The notes beneath the pieces are model-generated. The model was not told the DNA's origin and did not search any database. It saw only the letters and a list, made by a program, of their open reading frames with translations. Positions 55,083 to 64,000 of a stretch of DNA of 64,000 nucleotides are shown here, one piece after another. Origin of the DNA: a virus (taxonomy: Duplodnaviria; Caudoviricetes); the IMG/VR virus record IMGVR_UViG_3300037808_002146; one strand, given 5' to 3'. Position numbers and translations under genes: made by a program. Numbering within the stretch: the first letter of the stretch is position 1; each line of letters begins with the position of its first letter.

Positions 55083-55706
55083 TTACCTAAATAACCTTAA
55101 TTTTTCAATATGACTTTTTATTAAAAAAGATCTGCAATCTAATACATTAAAGCCATCAAGTTTAGTCTTTCCATTTAATACTAACGATTTTTCTAAGAAT
55201 TGAAAAAATTTTTTCTTATCAGACTTAGAAAGTAACGAGATATTTTTATCTAAAGACTCAAAATTTTCCAACAAAAATGACATATCCGTAGCATACGATT
55301 CCCACTTAAGGGTTATTGGATTTTTCAGGATAGAAAAAAAGCCGTAATCAAAGTTTGCTAAATTTTCTAAAAATATAGAACACAATTTTCTAGTTGAGCG
55401 TGAACCCTTTGAGTCAATTTCTATAATTTGAATTAATTTCTTATCCTTGTTTATTCTGCACTTAGCCCAAATAGAGCCCGGGTTAATTGTTTTAATATCG
55501 AAAAAAAGAAATATAGCCCTAACTACTTTTAAAAAATCTATCCTAGGGTTGTCTAAACGCTTCTGAAGCTCCTTGTCAAAGAAAAATGATGAACCTATTG
55601 AATCATAACCAAAATAGACGGTATCGCCCTTTATCTCGTACAGAACTTGGTTAGCTTGCATTGATTCTAGGACATTACTAATAGTAAGATTACTTTTTTG
55701 AGCCAT
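55083..55706 (-). CDS. hypothetical protein
   Basis: 207 aa. Confidence 0.55.
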   Translation of the reverse strand: MAQKSNLTISNVLESMQANQVLYEIKGDTVYFGYDSIGSSFFFDKELQKRLDNPRIDFLKVVRAIFLFFDIKTINPGSIWAKCRINKDKKLIQIIEIDSKGSRSTRKLCSIFLENLANFDYGFFSILKNPITLKWESYATDMSFLLENFESLDKNISLLSKSDKKKFFQFLEKSLVLNGKTKLDGFNVLDCRSFLIKSHIEKLRLFR

Positions 55707-56502
55707 TTACTTTTTGAGCAGATCTTAATTGCATCCTTAAGTGCTTGAGTAAGCCATTGTAACTAGATCGAGATTCAGTACCTCTAAAACAAGAGTCTCT
55801 TGAAGATTGTGCATCGATTATCCTAGCTTCTAAATCATTCACTGAAACTTGAGATCCGAAAGAAACTACTTTTCCATTAGCACACTTGTGATTGCTTTTC
55901 GTATTTTCTAAAACTATCATAGCTTCTCTTAACTTCTCTGAAACCTCACCTACGACTATTGGGGAATTACTTAAAGTTTTTGTTGGTTGAGTTTTTAAAT
56001 CACTTTTGCTATTTGGTTTTTCAAAATCATCTGGCATAGGAGCATCTTCAACTCCACCAGCTTTATTCATAATAGTAGCAAACCCGGACATCATAGAGAA
56101 GAGTTCTTGCTTTTCATCTGATTTTAAGTTGTCGAAATATTTTAGTAAGCCAGTTTTCACTTTATCGTCTTTTAAGCTAGCACCAGATCTCAACGCATTC
56201 AACTGAGTTACAATATCTTTGAATTGAACATTTTTTGGCATTTTTTCTGGAATTTCGTAAGAAAACTTTTTGTCGCCTTTTTCTTTTTTGTCGACTAAAT
56301 CTAAATTATCGTTTTTTTCCTCAGAAGACTCTTCTTCGTCTACTTCGGACTTAGACGAAGATTTTTTCCTTATCCCTTCGTCATCAATATCATTTGATAT
56401 AGCTTCTTGTTTTTCTTTTTCCTCTTGCGAAGGATCGATTTGATCAGCAATAGAAGCATAAGACTCTAAGACAGCTTTTTTCAAAAGGTCGTCATCAATC
56501 AT
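55690..56502 (-). CDS. charged protein, possibly head-internal
   Basis: LLKKAVLE leader, acidic linker. Confidence 0.6.
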   Translation of the reverse strand: MIDDDLLKKAVLESYASIADQIDPSQEEKEKQEAISNDIDDEGIRKKSSSKSEVDEEESSEEKNDNLDLVDKKEKGDKKFSYEIPEKMPKNVQFKDIVTQLNALRSGASLKDDKVKTGLLKYFDNLKSDEKQELFSMMSGFATIMNKAGGVEDAPMPDDFEKPNSKSDLKTQPTKTLSNSPIVVGEVSEKLREAMIVLENTKSNHKCANGKVVSFGSQVSVNDLEARIIDAQSSRDSCFRGTESRSSYNGLLKHLRMQLRSAQKVNGSKK

Positions 56503-56902
56503 TTAATATCTCCTTGTCTACTAAAGACAGTTCTAAAGAGTAAGTATCTTGATTATATTTAAAACAGTCTATATTTTCTATATTGCTAGAATCTATAGCG
56601 ATGCCTAAACTATCACATGTGATAACAAAAGTATCTAAAGATAAAATAAAGCTAACAATATCTGCGTTTATCAATAAAGAGACTCTAGATAGTTTGTTGT
56701 CCTTAGACGATATAGAAAAAGAGTCTAGCTTACATTCGAAATTATTGCTGCCGAAAGATATCGAAAAATCTATAGATTTGTCTGTATAACTTAGCCTATC
56801 TTTAAGAGATTCAGATACTATTTCATTACCAGGGTTACCCAATATTCTTCTGAATTCATCATTCACGTAATCACCCACCGTTAAAACTCGCAGAGACATC
56901 AT
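56495..56902 (-). CDS. hypothetical protein
   Basis: 135 aa. Confidence 0.5.
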   Translation of the reverse strand: MMSLRVLTVGDYVNDEFRRILGNPGNEIVSESLKDRLSYTDKSIDFSISFGSNNFECKLDSFSISSKDNKLSRVSLLINADIVSFILSLDTFVITCDSLGIAIDSSNIENIDCFKYNQDTYSLELSLVDKEILND

Positions 56903-57251
56903 AATAGATATTGTCTACTTCCGAGAGGAAAGCTTTAAAATGATTACTAGCCATCATGTGGCGGGGTACCGTTATCTCTACTTCGTCTTTGTTGTAAACA
57001 TAATTTAAAGAAACCCTGATTCCATGTTGCTGTTCTAGATCGAAAATATATTCACAAAAAGAATGCTGCGAAATTCTTGACGAAAAAGAGAAAACTTTAG
57101 CAAAAAATTCCGAGCTCTCCTCCCAGCCAGTACTACTCTCAACTGAACATGGCGTTACGCTTTTGGAAATTGATAACTCGTTAGGCAAAAAAGAAGGGCT
57201 ATTGAATTCTCTCAGAAAACCTTCTCTCATGACGTTTTTAAGTTTCATCAT
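56871..57251 (-). CDS. degenerate pterin-4a-carbinolamine dehydratase-like protein with leader
   Basis: W...F.KVFSF....FC.....EQQH...Y..VEI pattern after GFLRE. Confidence 0.4.
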   Translation of the reverse strand: MMKLKNVMREGFLREFNSPSFLPNELSISKSVTPCSVESSTGWEESSEFFAKVFSFSSRISQHSFCEYIFDLEQQHGIRVSLNYVYNKDEVEITVPRHMMASNHFKAFLSEVDNIYYDVSASFNGG

Positions 57252-58426
57252 AATCCCAAGCTTGAAGTCTTGTTTTCGAAATCGTCAGTATCATCGATAG
57301 CAGAATATGTTATATCCATCTTCTCTTTTGCAGACTTCTTATCCCAAGCGTCTTTTACAGCTTTCACAAAATCAGCATTTGAAAGAAAATCTTTTTGGTA
57401 TTTGTCTGTATTAGATTTGATGAAGTTCGATGCTGCAGAAACGAGATTATCCATATCTTCAAGGTTTGTATCAGGGAAAGCTTTGTTTAGCTTCATTCTA
57501 ATTTTTTTACTATTGATAGGCGAAAGGCCCACAGTTTGGCTAAAAACCATATTTCCTATTTGAGATGGTATATTGGCAGAAGAAATCTCTCTTTTTAATT
57601 CTCTATCTCTTGCATTTCTAATTGGCTTCAAAGCTGGCTCTAAAAAGCCTAGATTGAAAAAGCTTAAAAAAGCAGGATTGGTTAGAGTGTAATCAGACTT
57701 TTTCAAAGCTGCAGCTTCTTCGGGGCTTAACGATTCTGAGTCTTCTAAAGTTTTAACCCAAATATCTCTTGCATAATTTTTTGCTTTTTGAATTTGGTCA
57801 TCACCAATCAAATATATAGCAGCCATTTTGCTCTTTTTTCGTCCGATCCACTGTTTTGCTCCAGATTCTCCAGATACTCCTGGCATCAAACCGGTTTTCA
57901 CTAAATCCGAAAGCGAAGCGTCACCTGATGATTTTGATGCTTTGAATTTTTTTGATTCGCCTGATTCTTCTTCTGATTCTTCTTCTACAGAATATCCAGA
58001 TCTAAATTCTTCTGGCATATCGCTGTCATCAGGAAGTTCAAACTCATCATAGTCTCCGTAACCTTCATTTACATTCTCGTCTTCTCCGCCTCTTTTTAAA
58101 ATATCTTTAATTTGTGAATATACTAAGGCTACTTCTTCGTTACTCATTAATTCGGATAGCGCTTTAATAGAAGCAGCTAAATCAGAAGGAGTTTTTGGAA
58201 CGTAGTTGTCATCTTCAACAGGAGGTCGAGACATAATAGAATTTATCCCCATGTTATCGCTTGGTTGTAGTGGCAACTCCTTAGGAAGTTCTGGCTTTGG
58301 ATCAGTTTCTTTTTTAGTTTGGTGAGCGGCAAATTGTCCAGCTCTGTGATCTTCGGTAGATCTTAGATTGTAAGAAGTTTCAAAAAGAATTTTATTAATG
58401 ATTTCTTTGACATTTTTATATTTCAT
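57248..58426 (-). CDS. hypothetical protein, possibly head-internal
   Basis: IINKILFE leader, acidic linker. Confidence 0.6.
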   Translation of the reverse strand: MKYKNVKEIINKILFETSYNLRSTEDHRAGQFAAHQTKKETDPKPELPKELPLQPSDNMGINSIMSRPPVEDDNYVPKTPSDLAASIKALSELMSNEEVALVYSQIKDILKRGGEDENVNEGYGDYDEFELPDDSDMPEEFRSGYSVEEESEEESGESKKFKASKSSGDASLSDLVKTGLMPGVSGESGAKQWIGRKKSKMAAIYLIGDDQIQKAKNYARDIWVKTLEDSESLSPEEAAALKKSDYTLTNPAFLSFFNLGFLEPALKPIRNARDRELKREISSANIPSQIGNMVFSQTVGLSPINSKKIRMKLNKAFPDTNLEDMDNLVSAASNFIKSNTDKYQKDFLSNADFVKAVKDAWDKKSAKEKMDITYSAIDDTDDFENKTSSLGL

Positions 58427-58474
58427 GTTATACCACCTCGAAGTTAATTATCGGTTAAAATTAAGACTATGCCA

Positions 58475-58912
58475 TCAATCGGCTATTTTATTAGCAACGT
58501 ACCCAGAACCAAGAGCAACTAAAGCCCCAAATACAAAACCACCGACGAACCACCATTCTGATGATACATCCTTTTTTTCAAGCTGCTTTACCGATAAGTT
58601 TATTTGTTTTCTTAAAAAATCGTTTTGTGATTTATAAACAGATATTTCAAACTCATTAGCTATTTTTAACTTTTCAACTGCAAAATTACAGTTTGATTTT
58701 TGGATTGCTATTTCTTCTTTTAGCTTTAACTGGCATATCTCTTGAGAGCTATTGAGTTTCACTAACATCTCGGCTACTGCTTCTTGGTTTAAAAGAGTAC
58801 CGGTGAACGGAACTATTTCTCCCTCGTTCACCGTTTTCACTGCGGCTTCTTGTGCGAACGCCGGAGTAAACAGCAACATGAATGAAAGTAAGATGCATAA
58901 AGTTTTTTTCAT
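58475..58912 (-). CDS. exported coiled-coil protein with C-terminal TM helix
   Basis: signal peptide, VPFTGTLL, coiled coil, C-terminal TM. Confidence 0.6.
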   Translation of the reverse strand: MKKTLCILLSFMLLFTPAFAQEAAVKTVNEGEIVPFTGTLLNQEAVAEMLVKLNSSQEICQLKLKEEIAIQKSNCNFAVEKLKIANEFEISVYKSQNDFLRKQINLSVKQLEKKDVSSEWWFVGGFVFGALVALGSGYVANKIAD

Positions 58913-58948
58913 GAAACAATAATATCTCGTGCTTAGATAAAGTTTAAG

Positions 58949-59359
58949 TTAGTTATCAATCTTGTCTAAGTTCTTTACGTTGAGGGATTTAGCGAGATAG
59001 TTAGTAGCTTTTCCAGCGCTTCCATTCTCTAGAGATAACTCTATTTTCTCTCGAAATGCTACCTTAATTAAATCCTTTTTTTTCTCGTAAATTTTTCTTA
59101 ACTTCGCGATTTCAACTTCGTGGTTTGATTGAGCTTTTTCTATTTTTTCTTCTCTTATTTCGTTAGCAATAATTACTTCATCTAAAGCAGCGACTCCAGC
59201 TTTTGTTGATTCTTTTATTACTTCGCTCGTTTTGTTTTTCTTAGTAAACAATATACTTCCAAAAATAGTTACAACTACCCCTAAGAAGAATTGCCAGTAT
59301 TTTTTAATAAATTCGTATGATTTTGAAAAAAACGATTTAACCGCTAGCCATTGGATCAT
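58949..59359 (-). CDS. membrane-anchored coiled-coil protein
   Basis: TM helix then charged heptads; spanin-like topology. Confidence 0.55.
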   Translation of the reverse strand: MIQWLAVKSFFSKSYEFIKKYWQFFLGVVVTIFGSILFTKKNKTSEVIKESTKAGVAALDEVIIANEIREEKIEKAQSNHEVEIAKLRKIYEKKKDLIKVAFREKIELSLENGSAGKATNYLAKSLNVKNLDKIDN

Positions 59360-59559
59360 GAGTTTTTACCGTGCTTCCACTGAACTGCTAAGTCTACGAG
59401 AGCCTGAGAACCAATATAAGCTAACGTTACTGCAACCCAATCTCCGCTGGTTAATGTACCACCAAAACATAGCCCGGTCGCGGTAATCCACGCTAAAAAT
59501 TTTCTTGATATAAATCTCTCTAAATGTTTATCAGCGAATGCTTTTACTGCCTGAGTCAT
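59356..59559 (-). CDS. holin-like small membrane protein
   Basis: SRKFLAW followed by two TM helices. Confidence 0.45.
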   Translation of the reverse strand: MTQAVKAFADKHLERFISRKFLAWITATGLCFGGTLTSGDWVAVTLAYIGSQALVDLAVQWKHGKNS

Positions 59560-59604
59560 ATTGCACCTCCATGTTAGTATTAACTATCACGTTAAAGCAA
59601 AATA

Positions 59605-59871
59605 TTACTCTTCAGGATTCCAAGGAGATCCGGAAACTATTTCATCAAAAATATCGATAGACTCGACATTCGTAATTTTTTTTAAATCTTTATTCTTTTT
59701 GTTACTTTTTAGTTTTTGCACTAAACTTTCTAGGTAGGGATCTTTATCAACTAAGCATGTTACTAAACCTGAAATTATCTCTTGCATAGATAGTTTGTTT
59801 TTAAAAGCAAGTATTCTAAATTCAGAGTGTACTGTTTCGTTGAGATTGATATGGACGGATTTTCTATTCAA
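59605..59871 (-). CDS. ribbon-helix-helix-like DNA-binding protein
   Basis: KSVHINL...FRILA...SMQEII. Confidence 0.5.
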   Translation of the reverse strand: MNRKSVHINLNETVHSEFRILAFKNKLSMQEIISGLVTCLVDKDPYLESLVQKLKSNKKNKDLKKITNVESIDIFDEIVSGSPWNPEE

Positions 59872-60473
59872 GCCGCTCCTTCGCCTCCGCCGGCACCAAC
59901 AGCAATAGGGGTTGGTAACTCTCTCTGAGATTGATCTTTTTCATAGTCAGAGCGGTAATCGATGCTAAATCTTTTTTGCATTATGTCTAAGAAACTTTCC
60001 TCAGTATCTTCGCTATATTTAGAAATTAGATAATCCCTAGCTTTCGACATAATAATTTCTTCGATATCTAGTAGAACATCTGCATTTTTAATAATCCTAG
60101 CAGTTTCAGCAGCAAACCGCTCTATGTCTAGGTCCGGACCATCCTCTGATTCTGAGAGAAGAGCTGCCTTTAGGGAATACGACTCTTCTTGCTTTTGTAC
60201 TGCAGCACTTTTTAGTGCGTCTGTTTCAATATCAACAAATAAAGCGTTTAAAGAATCGTCTAGGCTTTTGTTAAGCTCAACTTTATCGTCTTTAGATACT
60301 TCTACTTCTTCTTCGTCACTAGACTCTTCGGAGTCTTCGGTAGTTTCTTCCTCGGTATCTTCTTCAGTGTCTTCTTCAGTGTCTTCGTCTTCTGGAGCTT
60401 CAGCTAGCATTCGGCTAGATCTCCTAAGACCTGATGCTAACTCTAGGAATTCTTTAATGTCGTCTCTTTTCAT
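59868..60473 (-). CDS. acidic protein, possibly prohead core/scaffold
   Basis: RMLAE followed by EEDT repeats; ALLSE motif. Confidence 0.55.
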   Translation of the reverse strand: MKRDDIKEFLELASGLRRSSRMLAEAPEDEDTEEDTEEDTEEETTEDSEESSDEEEVEVSKDDKVELNKSLDDSLNALFVDIETDALKSAAVQKQEESYSLKAALLSESEDGPDLDIERFAAETARIIKNADVLLDIEEIIMSKARDYLISKYSEDTEESFLDIMQKRFSIDYRSDYEKDQSQRELPTPIAVGAGGGEGAA

Positions 60474-60475
60474 TA

Positions 60476-61162
60476 CTATTTTCCTTGCTTTGCTTTAGAC
60501 ATAGCTTCGACTTTTGCAATTCTTTCTTCTATCCTAGACCACCTAAGTTCTTTCATCATTGCGAAAGTATAAGATCTTTTATCGCCTAGGTAATCTCGGT
60601 AATATGCGTGCTCCCAGCAATCCAAAACCACAACCGGATAGCTAGCAAAAGGAACATGCTTACTGTTTAAGTCGATTATAACATTCATATACCGATTTAA
60701 GAAAAAGTTATATACAGTCACGGCCCAACCATTACGAGAACTAAGAGCGCACGCAATAAAATCCTTTTGCCACGCATCAAACGATCCAAAATCTCTCTCC
60801 AGTCTCATGAAAGCTATTGAGTCCATGTTGATAACTGAATTTTGGTCTCCTATATTTTCGAAATAATAAGCATGCAAAAAAGAAGCGTTTAAGTTATAAA
60901 CTTCGTCTTCCTTGAGGGATCGAAGCTTAGAGTTGTTAATGTCCGCTAATTCTCTCTCGGCGGTATCTAAAAAAGCTGATACTTCATTCAATTTCTTGAC
61001 ATGATCTTCCAGGATTTGCTGGTGGCTTTTCTTAGTTTTTTCGCTTAGAAGTTCGGTAGAGATTTCATACTTCTTAGACTGCGTAACGTACGCTTCATTT
61101 AATTCGTTTTTAAGAGAATTGTTTATCTCTTTTAAAACTCGCTTTTTCATATCTTTCATCAA
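60476..61162 (-). CDS. Fe/Mn superoxide dismutase with N-terminal extension
   Basis: HQQILEDH, LHAYYF, FGSFDAW, GWAV, DCWEHAYYRDY. Confidence 0.9.
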   Translation of the reverse strand: MMKDMKKRVLKEINNSLKNELNEAYVTQSKKYEISTELLSEKTKKSHQQILEDHVKKLNEVSAFLDTAERELADINNSKLRSLKEDEVYNLNASFLHAYYFENIGDQNSVINMDSIAFMRLERDFGSFDAWQKDFIACALSSRNGWAVTVYNFFLNRYMNVIIDLNSKHVPFASYPVVVLDCWEHAYYRDYLGDKRSYTFAMMKELRWSRIEERIAKVEAMSKAKQGK

Positions 61163-61536
61163 TCAACCTCGTAGTTCTTTTCAAAATCGTCTTCATCAAT
61201 AGAAAATTCAGAGTCGTTCGCGTCTGGCATTTTAACTAACTCTTCTTCTTGGCCAGCTATTACATGAGATGTAGAAACTGGGGCTTGAATCCTTGGAGAT
61301 TCTGGAGTTCGAAGGGTAATTTTAATTACCCCGTCTTTGTCTTTTATCTTTTTTATCGTATATTCAAAACCAGATTTCTTATGCCTAACTTTCAAATCAG
61401 GCTCTAAGACTATTCTGCCTTTTTTATCGCTAACGGAAGTCTCTTTTAGAAGAGAGACTATTTTTAATCTATCTTCGTATTCTTTTAGTAGAAGAGCTTT
61501 TAAAAAAGTTTCTGGTCTGTTCATCTTAAACCTCAT
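61159..61536 (-). CDS. hypothetical protein
   Basis: LKALLLKE and SLLKE motifs; acidic tail. Confidence 0.6.
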   Translation of the reverse strand: MRFKMNRPETFLKALLLKEYEDRLKIVSLLKETSVSDKKGRIVLEPDLKVRHKKSGFEYTIKKIKDKDGVIKITLRTPESPRIQAPVSTSHVIAGQEEELVKMPDANDSEFSIDEDDFEKNYEVD

Positions 61537-61957
61537 TATTAACTAAGTATTTTCTACAAATTATTCCAGACTTATCTAGAATACCTAAACCATCGCTATC
61601 ACGATAATCTTCGGTATACACTATTTCGGAAATGCCGGCATTCACTATTGCTTTAGCGCACATTTTGCAAGGGCTTAAAGTCAAATACATGACTTTCCGC
61701 TTAGGATTATTATAGTCCATTTTTAGCAAACAGTTTATTTCTGCATGAATAAAACCAGAATGTCCGGGTACTTCAGATTCAACTTTGTTTGGACCGCCGG
61801 CATGGTTCCCGTTGTACCCAACTGATAAAACTTGTGTATTGTCAGAAGTTACTACTATAGCACCTACTTTATATCTAGGATCATACGATCTTTCGGAAAT
61901 TGAGTTTGCTACATTTGCCCAAACTTTATCCCAAGATGGCCTTGATTCATTTATCAT
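61526..61957 (-). CDS. dCMP deaminase
   Basis: VGAIV, GYNG, HAEIN, PCKMC. Confidence 0.92.
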   Translation of the reverse strand: MINESRPSWDKVWANVANSISERSYDPRYKVGAIVVTSDNTQVLSVGYNGNHAGGPNKVESEVPGHSGFIHAEINCLLKMDYNNPKRKVMYLTLSPCKMCAKAIVNAGISEIVYTEDYRDSDGLGILDKSGIICRKYLVNNEV

Positions 61958-61958
61958 A

Positions 61959-63380
61959 TTAGCCTTTTAGTAAACCAGCATTCTTTTGCCAAGTTTCAAA
62001 TAGTTTATTAGGAGTTGCGAATTTTTCGTTTAACTTCTTATGTACAAATCTAGTTATCTCGGATTTTGAAATACTCTTTTGACGAGATTCCTGAGTTTGT
62101 GCCAAAACCTGCGCGGCTAAAGCGGGGATCATTTTTTCTAAAGAGTCAAAATTCTTTTTAGCAAACCTCTTAGACTTAATCAAAACTTCTTCATGAGATG
62201 CACGCCAAGTTTTCACAGCTTTAGCGACCGCTCTCTGGACTGCAACTTTGCCTTTATCTATACCGGTAAAAATACCATCTTTCAATTCTTGACTTCTATT
62301 TTTTCTACGAAGAGTATCTTGACTTGACTTAGAAAGAGAAGACTCCCAATCTGAAAGTGCTTTGCTTACAGCATCCTTTGGTGACATTGGCTTAGACTTG
62401 ACAGCCACAGCCGCAGCTTTAATCTCTGCAGCTGGATCAGACTCTGCTTCAGGGTTTTCCGGAATGTCTTCAGGTTTCTCTTCAGATTTCTCTTCAGATT
62501 TCTCTTCAGATTTCTCTTCGCTTTTTTCGTCGGTTTCATCTCCTGATTTTTCCTCAGGAGCCTCTTTGCCTGGAGGCGGAGCTTCCTCAGCGGAGGTTTG
62601 AATTGATTTTATAGCGTCTGTTGGAACTGCAGCTTTTTCAGCTGCTTGAGAAGACTTTTGAACATCTACATCTAGACTTTTTAACTGGCCGTAAGTTAGA
62701 TTCAAGAAGTCATCTGCTAATTTTTCAACTGGCAACTCGCCAACTTTTTCAGTCCCAGGTATATCAGCTACAAATTTGGATTTGCCAAGAAGCGAACCAA
62801 GCTTTGCCATGAAACCTTTTGGCTTTGAGCCTTTAAAAGCTTTAGATATTCCAGATTTTAAATCGTCGCTACTTAATCCATGCTTTTCTAAATCTAACTG
62901 GCCTAAAACCACGTCGTCATCGATATCTTTACCACCTAGGTTTTTAGAAATTAATTTTACTGCATTAGCGAGAGTAGTGCCAGCTGTGTTTGACTTATTT
63001 TGTAAATCGATTACAGCCTGAAGTGCTCTCGCAACATCCATTTTTTTCCCAAAGAAACCTTTGATTTGAGCTGCCATGCTATCTGGATCTGCTAGGTCTA
63101 GTTTACTAGCTAAGGTATCTGCTTTCTTCAAAGAATTTTTCAAGGTATTAAAATAATCTACTAAAGAAGTTAGTTTAAGTTCTTGTGAAGCTTTCAGGTT
63201 TTGATTTACAGCAGACAGTGTTGTTTTTACTGCAACTCTTAATTTTTCTATATCTGAATCTTCAATGTCTTCCATAAGCATACCGTAAACAGAACGATTG
63301 GAAAATGAGTGTTCAAGTAACACTGAGTCGTTTACTAGCTTTAGCGCTATTTCGTATAATATTTCGGAATTTTTTTTCAT
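61959..63380 (-). CDS. large helical protein, possibly head-internal
   Basis: VLLE and MLME motifs near the N-terminus; EEKS repeat linker. Confidence 0.6.
   Translation of the reverse strand: MKKNSEILYEIALKLVNDSVLLEHSFSNRSVYGMLMEDIEDSDIEKLRVAVKTTLSAVNQNLKASQELKLTSLVDYFNTLKNSLKKADTLASKLDLADPDSMAAQIKGFFGKKMDVARALQAVIDLQNKSNTAGTTLANAVKLISKNLGGKDIDDDVVLGQLDLEKHGLSSDDLKSGISKAFKGSKPKGFMAKLGSLLGKSKFVADIPGTEKVGELPVEKLADDFLNLTYGQLKSLDVDVQKSSQAAEKAAVPTDAIKSIQTSAEEAPPPGKEAPEEKSGDETDEKSEEKSEEKSEEKSEEKPEDIPENPEAESDPAAEIKAAAVAVKSKPMSPKDAVSKALSDWESSLSKSSQDTLRRKNRSQELKDGIFTGIDKGKVAVQRAVAKAVKTWRASHEEVLIKSKRFAKKNFDSLEKMIPALAAQVLAQTQESRQKSISKSEITRFVHKKLNEKFATPNKLFETWQKNAGLLKG
62475..62519 (+). repeat. 12-bp tandem repeat (TTTCTCTTCAGA x3.75) encoding SEEK
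   Basis: read directly from the sequence. Confidence 0.85.
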
Positions 63381-63401
63381 GCTATCCTCCGCATTAGTTA
63401 A

Positions 63402-64000
63402 TTATGAAGATTCTTCTTCTTTTTCTGGTTCAAGGGTAAATAAGTCGTCAATATGTTGATCTTTGGGGAGAATAAAGCCTGCAGCTTTTTTATGGCCACC
63501 GCCATTGAATTTTTTAGCAAATTCGCTAACGTCTACGTTTTCGTGAAAAGATCTCAAACTTACTTTTGTCACTCCGGTGTCATGATCGAAATACCAAATA
63601 ACTGCAAAGTCGCAGCCAGGAGACAACCTAGCTCCAATTTCAGACATCCAGTGTGAAGCGTTTACTATCATAACCTTTTTATTCTCGAAGTAACGGATAA
63701 CTGCTTTTTCACAAACTTTTTTAACCACAGTTTTACTATAAGCTAAAATATAAGATCCCCTTTTGACAGAATCGTCAAAGACAGAGTCGTCTTCGAATTT
63801 TTCAAATTCTTCAAACTCAAACGGAACCATATCAAAAGCAGCACTAAACTCTCTAGAATATTCAAGTTCCCACGTCCACAAATCTCTATCTTGTATATAT
63901 CTTATAAATTTGGGTGGCTCTTTACCTGGATGGAAAAAATCCCATGAAAGTATAGCACCCGACTTAGTCATATCGAAGTGAGTATTGGATATATCGTGTA
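63402..64000 (-). CDS. DHH/DHHA1-family phosphoesterase, 5' end outside the window
   Basis: FDMTKSGA, YIQDRDLW, VSLRS, GGGHKKAAGF. Confidence 0.85.
   Translation of the reverse strand, partial: HDISNTHFDMTKSGAILSWDFFHPGKEPPKFIRYIQDRDLWTWELEYSREFSAAFDMVPFEFEEFEKFEDDSVFDDSVKRGSYILAYSKTVVKKVCEKAVIRYFENKKVMIVNASHWMSEIGARLSPGCDFAVIWYFDHDTGVTKVSLRSFHENVDVSEFAKKFNGGGHKKAAGFILPKDQHIDDLFTLEPEKEEESS

Overview
This is an AT-rich, gene-dense segment of a very large (jumbo-type) tailed bacteriophage genome, with almost all genes on the minus strand in the standard code. The inference rests on the absence of rRNA and ribosomal proteins, the many short hypotheticals coupled by ATGA/TAATG overlaps, and a scattered set of host-like genes: dnaK, hsp20, groEL, FKBP PPIase, iscU, iscA, cysK (frameshifted), pckA, IMPDH/GMPR, thyX, dCMP deaminase, def, Fe/Mn SOD, a Dps-like protein, a T4 Rnl1-like RNA ligase, a 5'-3' exonuclease and a sigma70-like factor. 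Envelope proteins of myxobacterial type (MYXO-CTERM, Cys-rich CDGxDNDCDG repeats, a probable CglF/GltF homologue) point to a Myxococcota or Bdellovibrionota host. There are eight intact tRNAs. The main observations are: (1) a ninth tRNA, tRNA-Leu(UAA), is split exactly at U33/U34 by a 754-bp insert that carries a second intact tRNA-Leu(UAA) and two ORFs, and it sits beside a HAD phosphatase and an Rnl1-like ligase; (2) the sigma70 lacks region 4.2, while a sigma4-like HTH is encoded by the overlapping downstream gene, and about ten promoters pair a canonical -10 with a non-canonical GTGCAA -35; (3) a tandem array of unrelated domains shares two N-terminal leader peptides ending in (L/I)-x-E, resembling capsid-targeting and prohead-protease signals. 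No database searches were run, so all family calls come from motif recognition.
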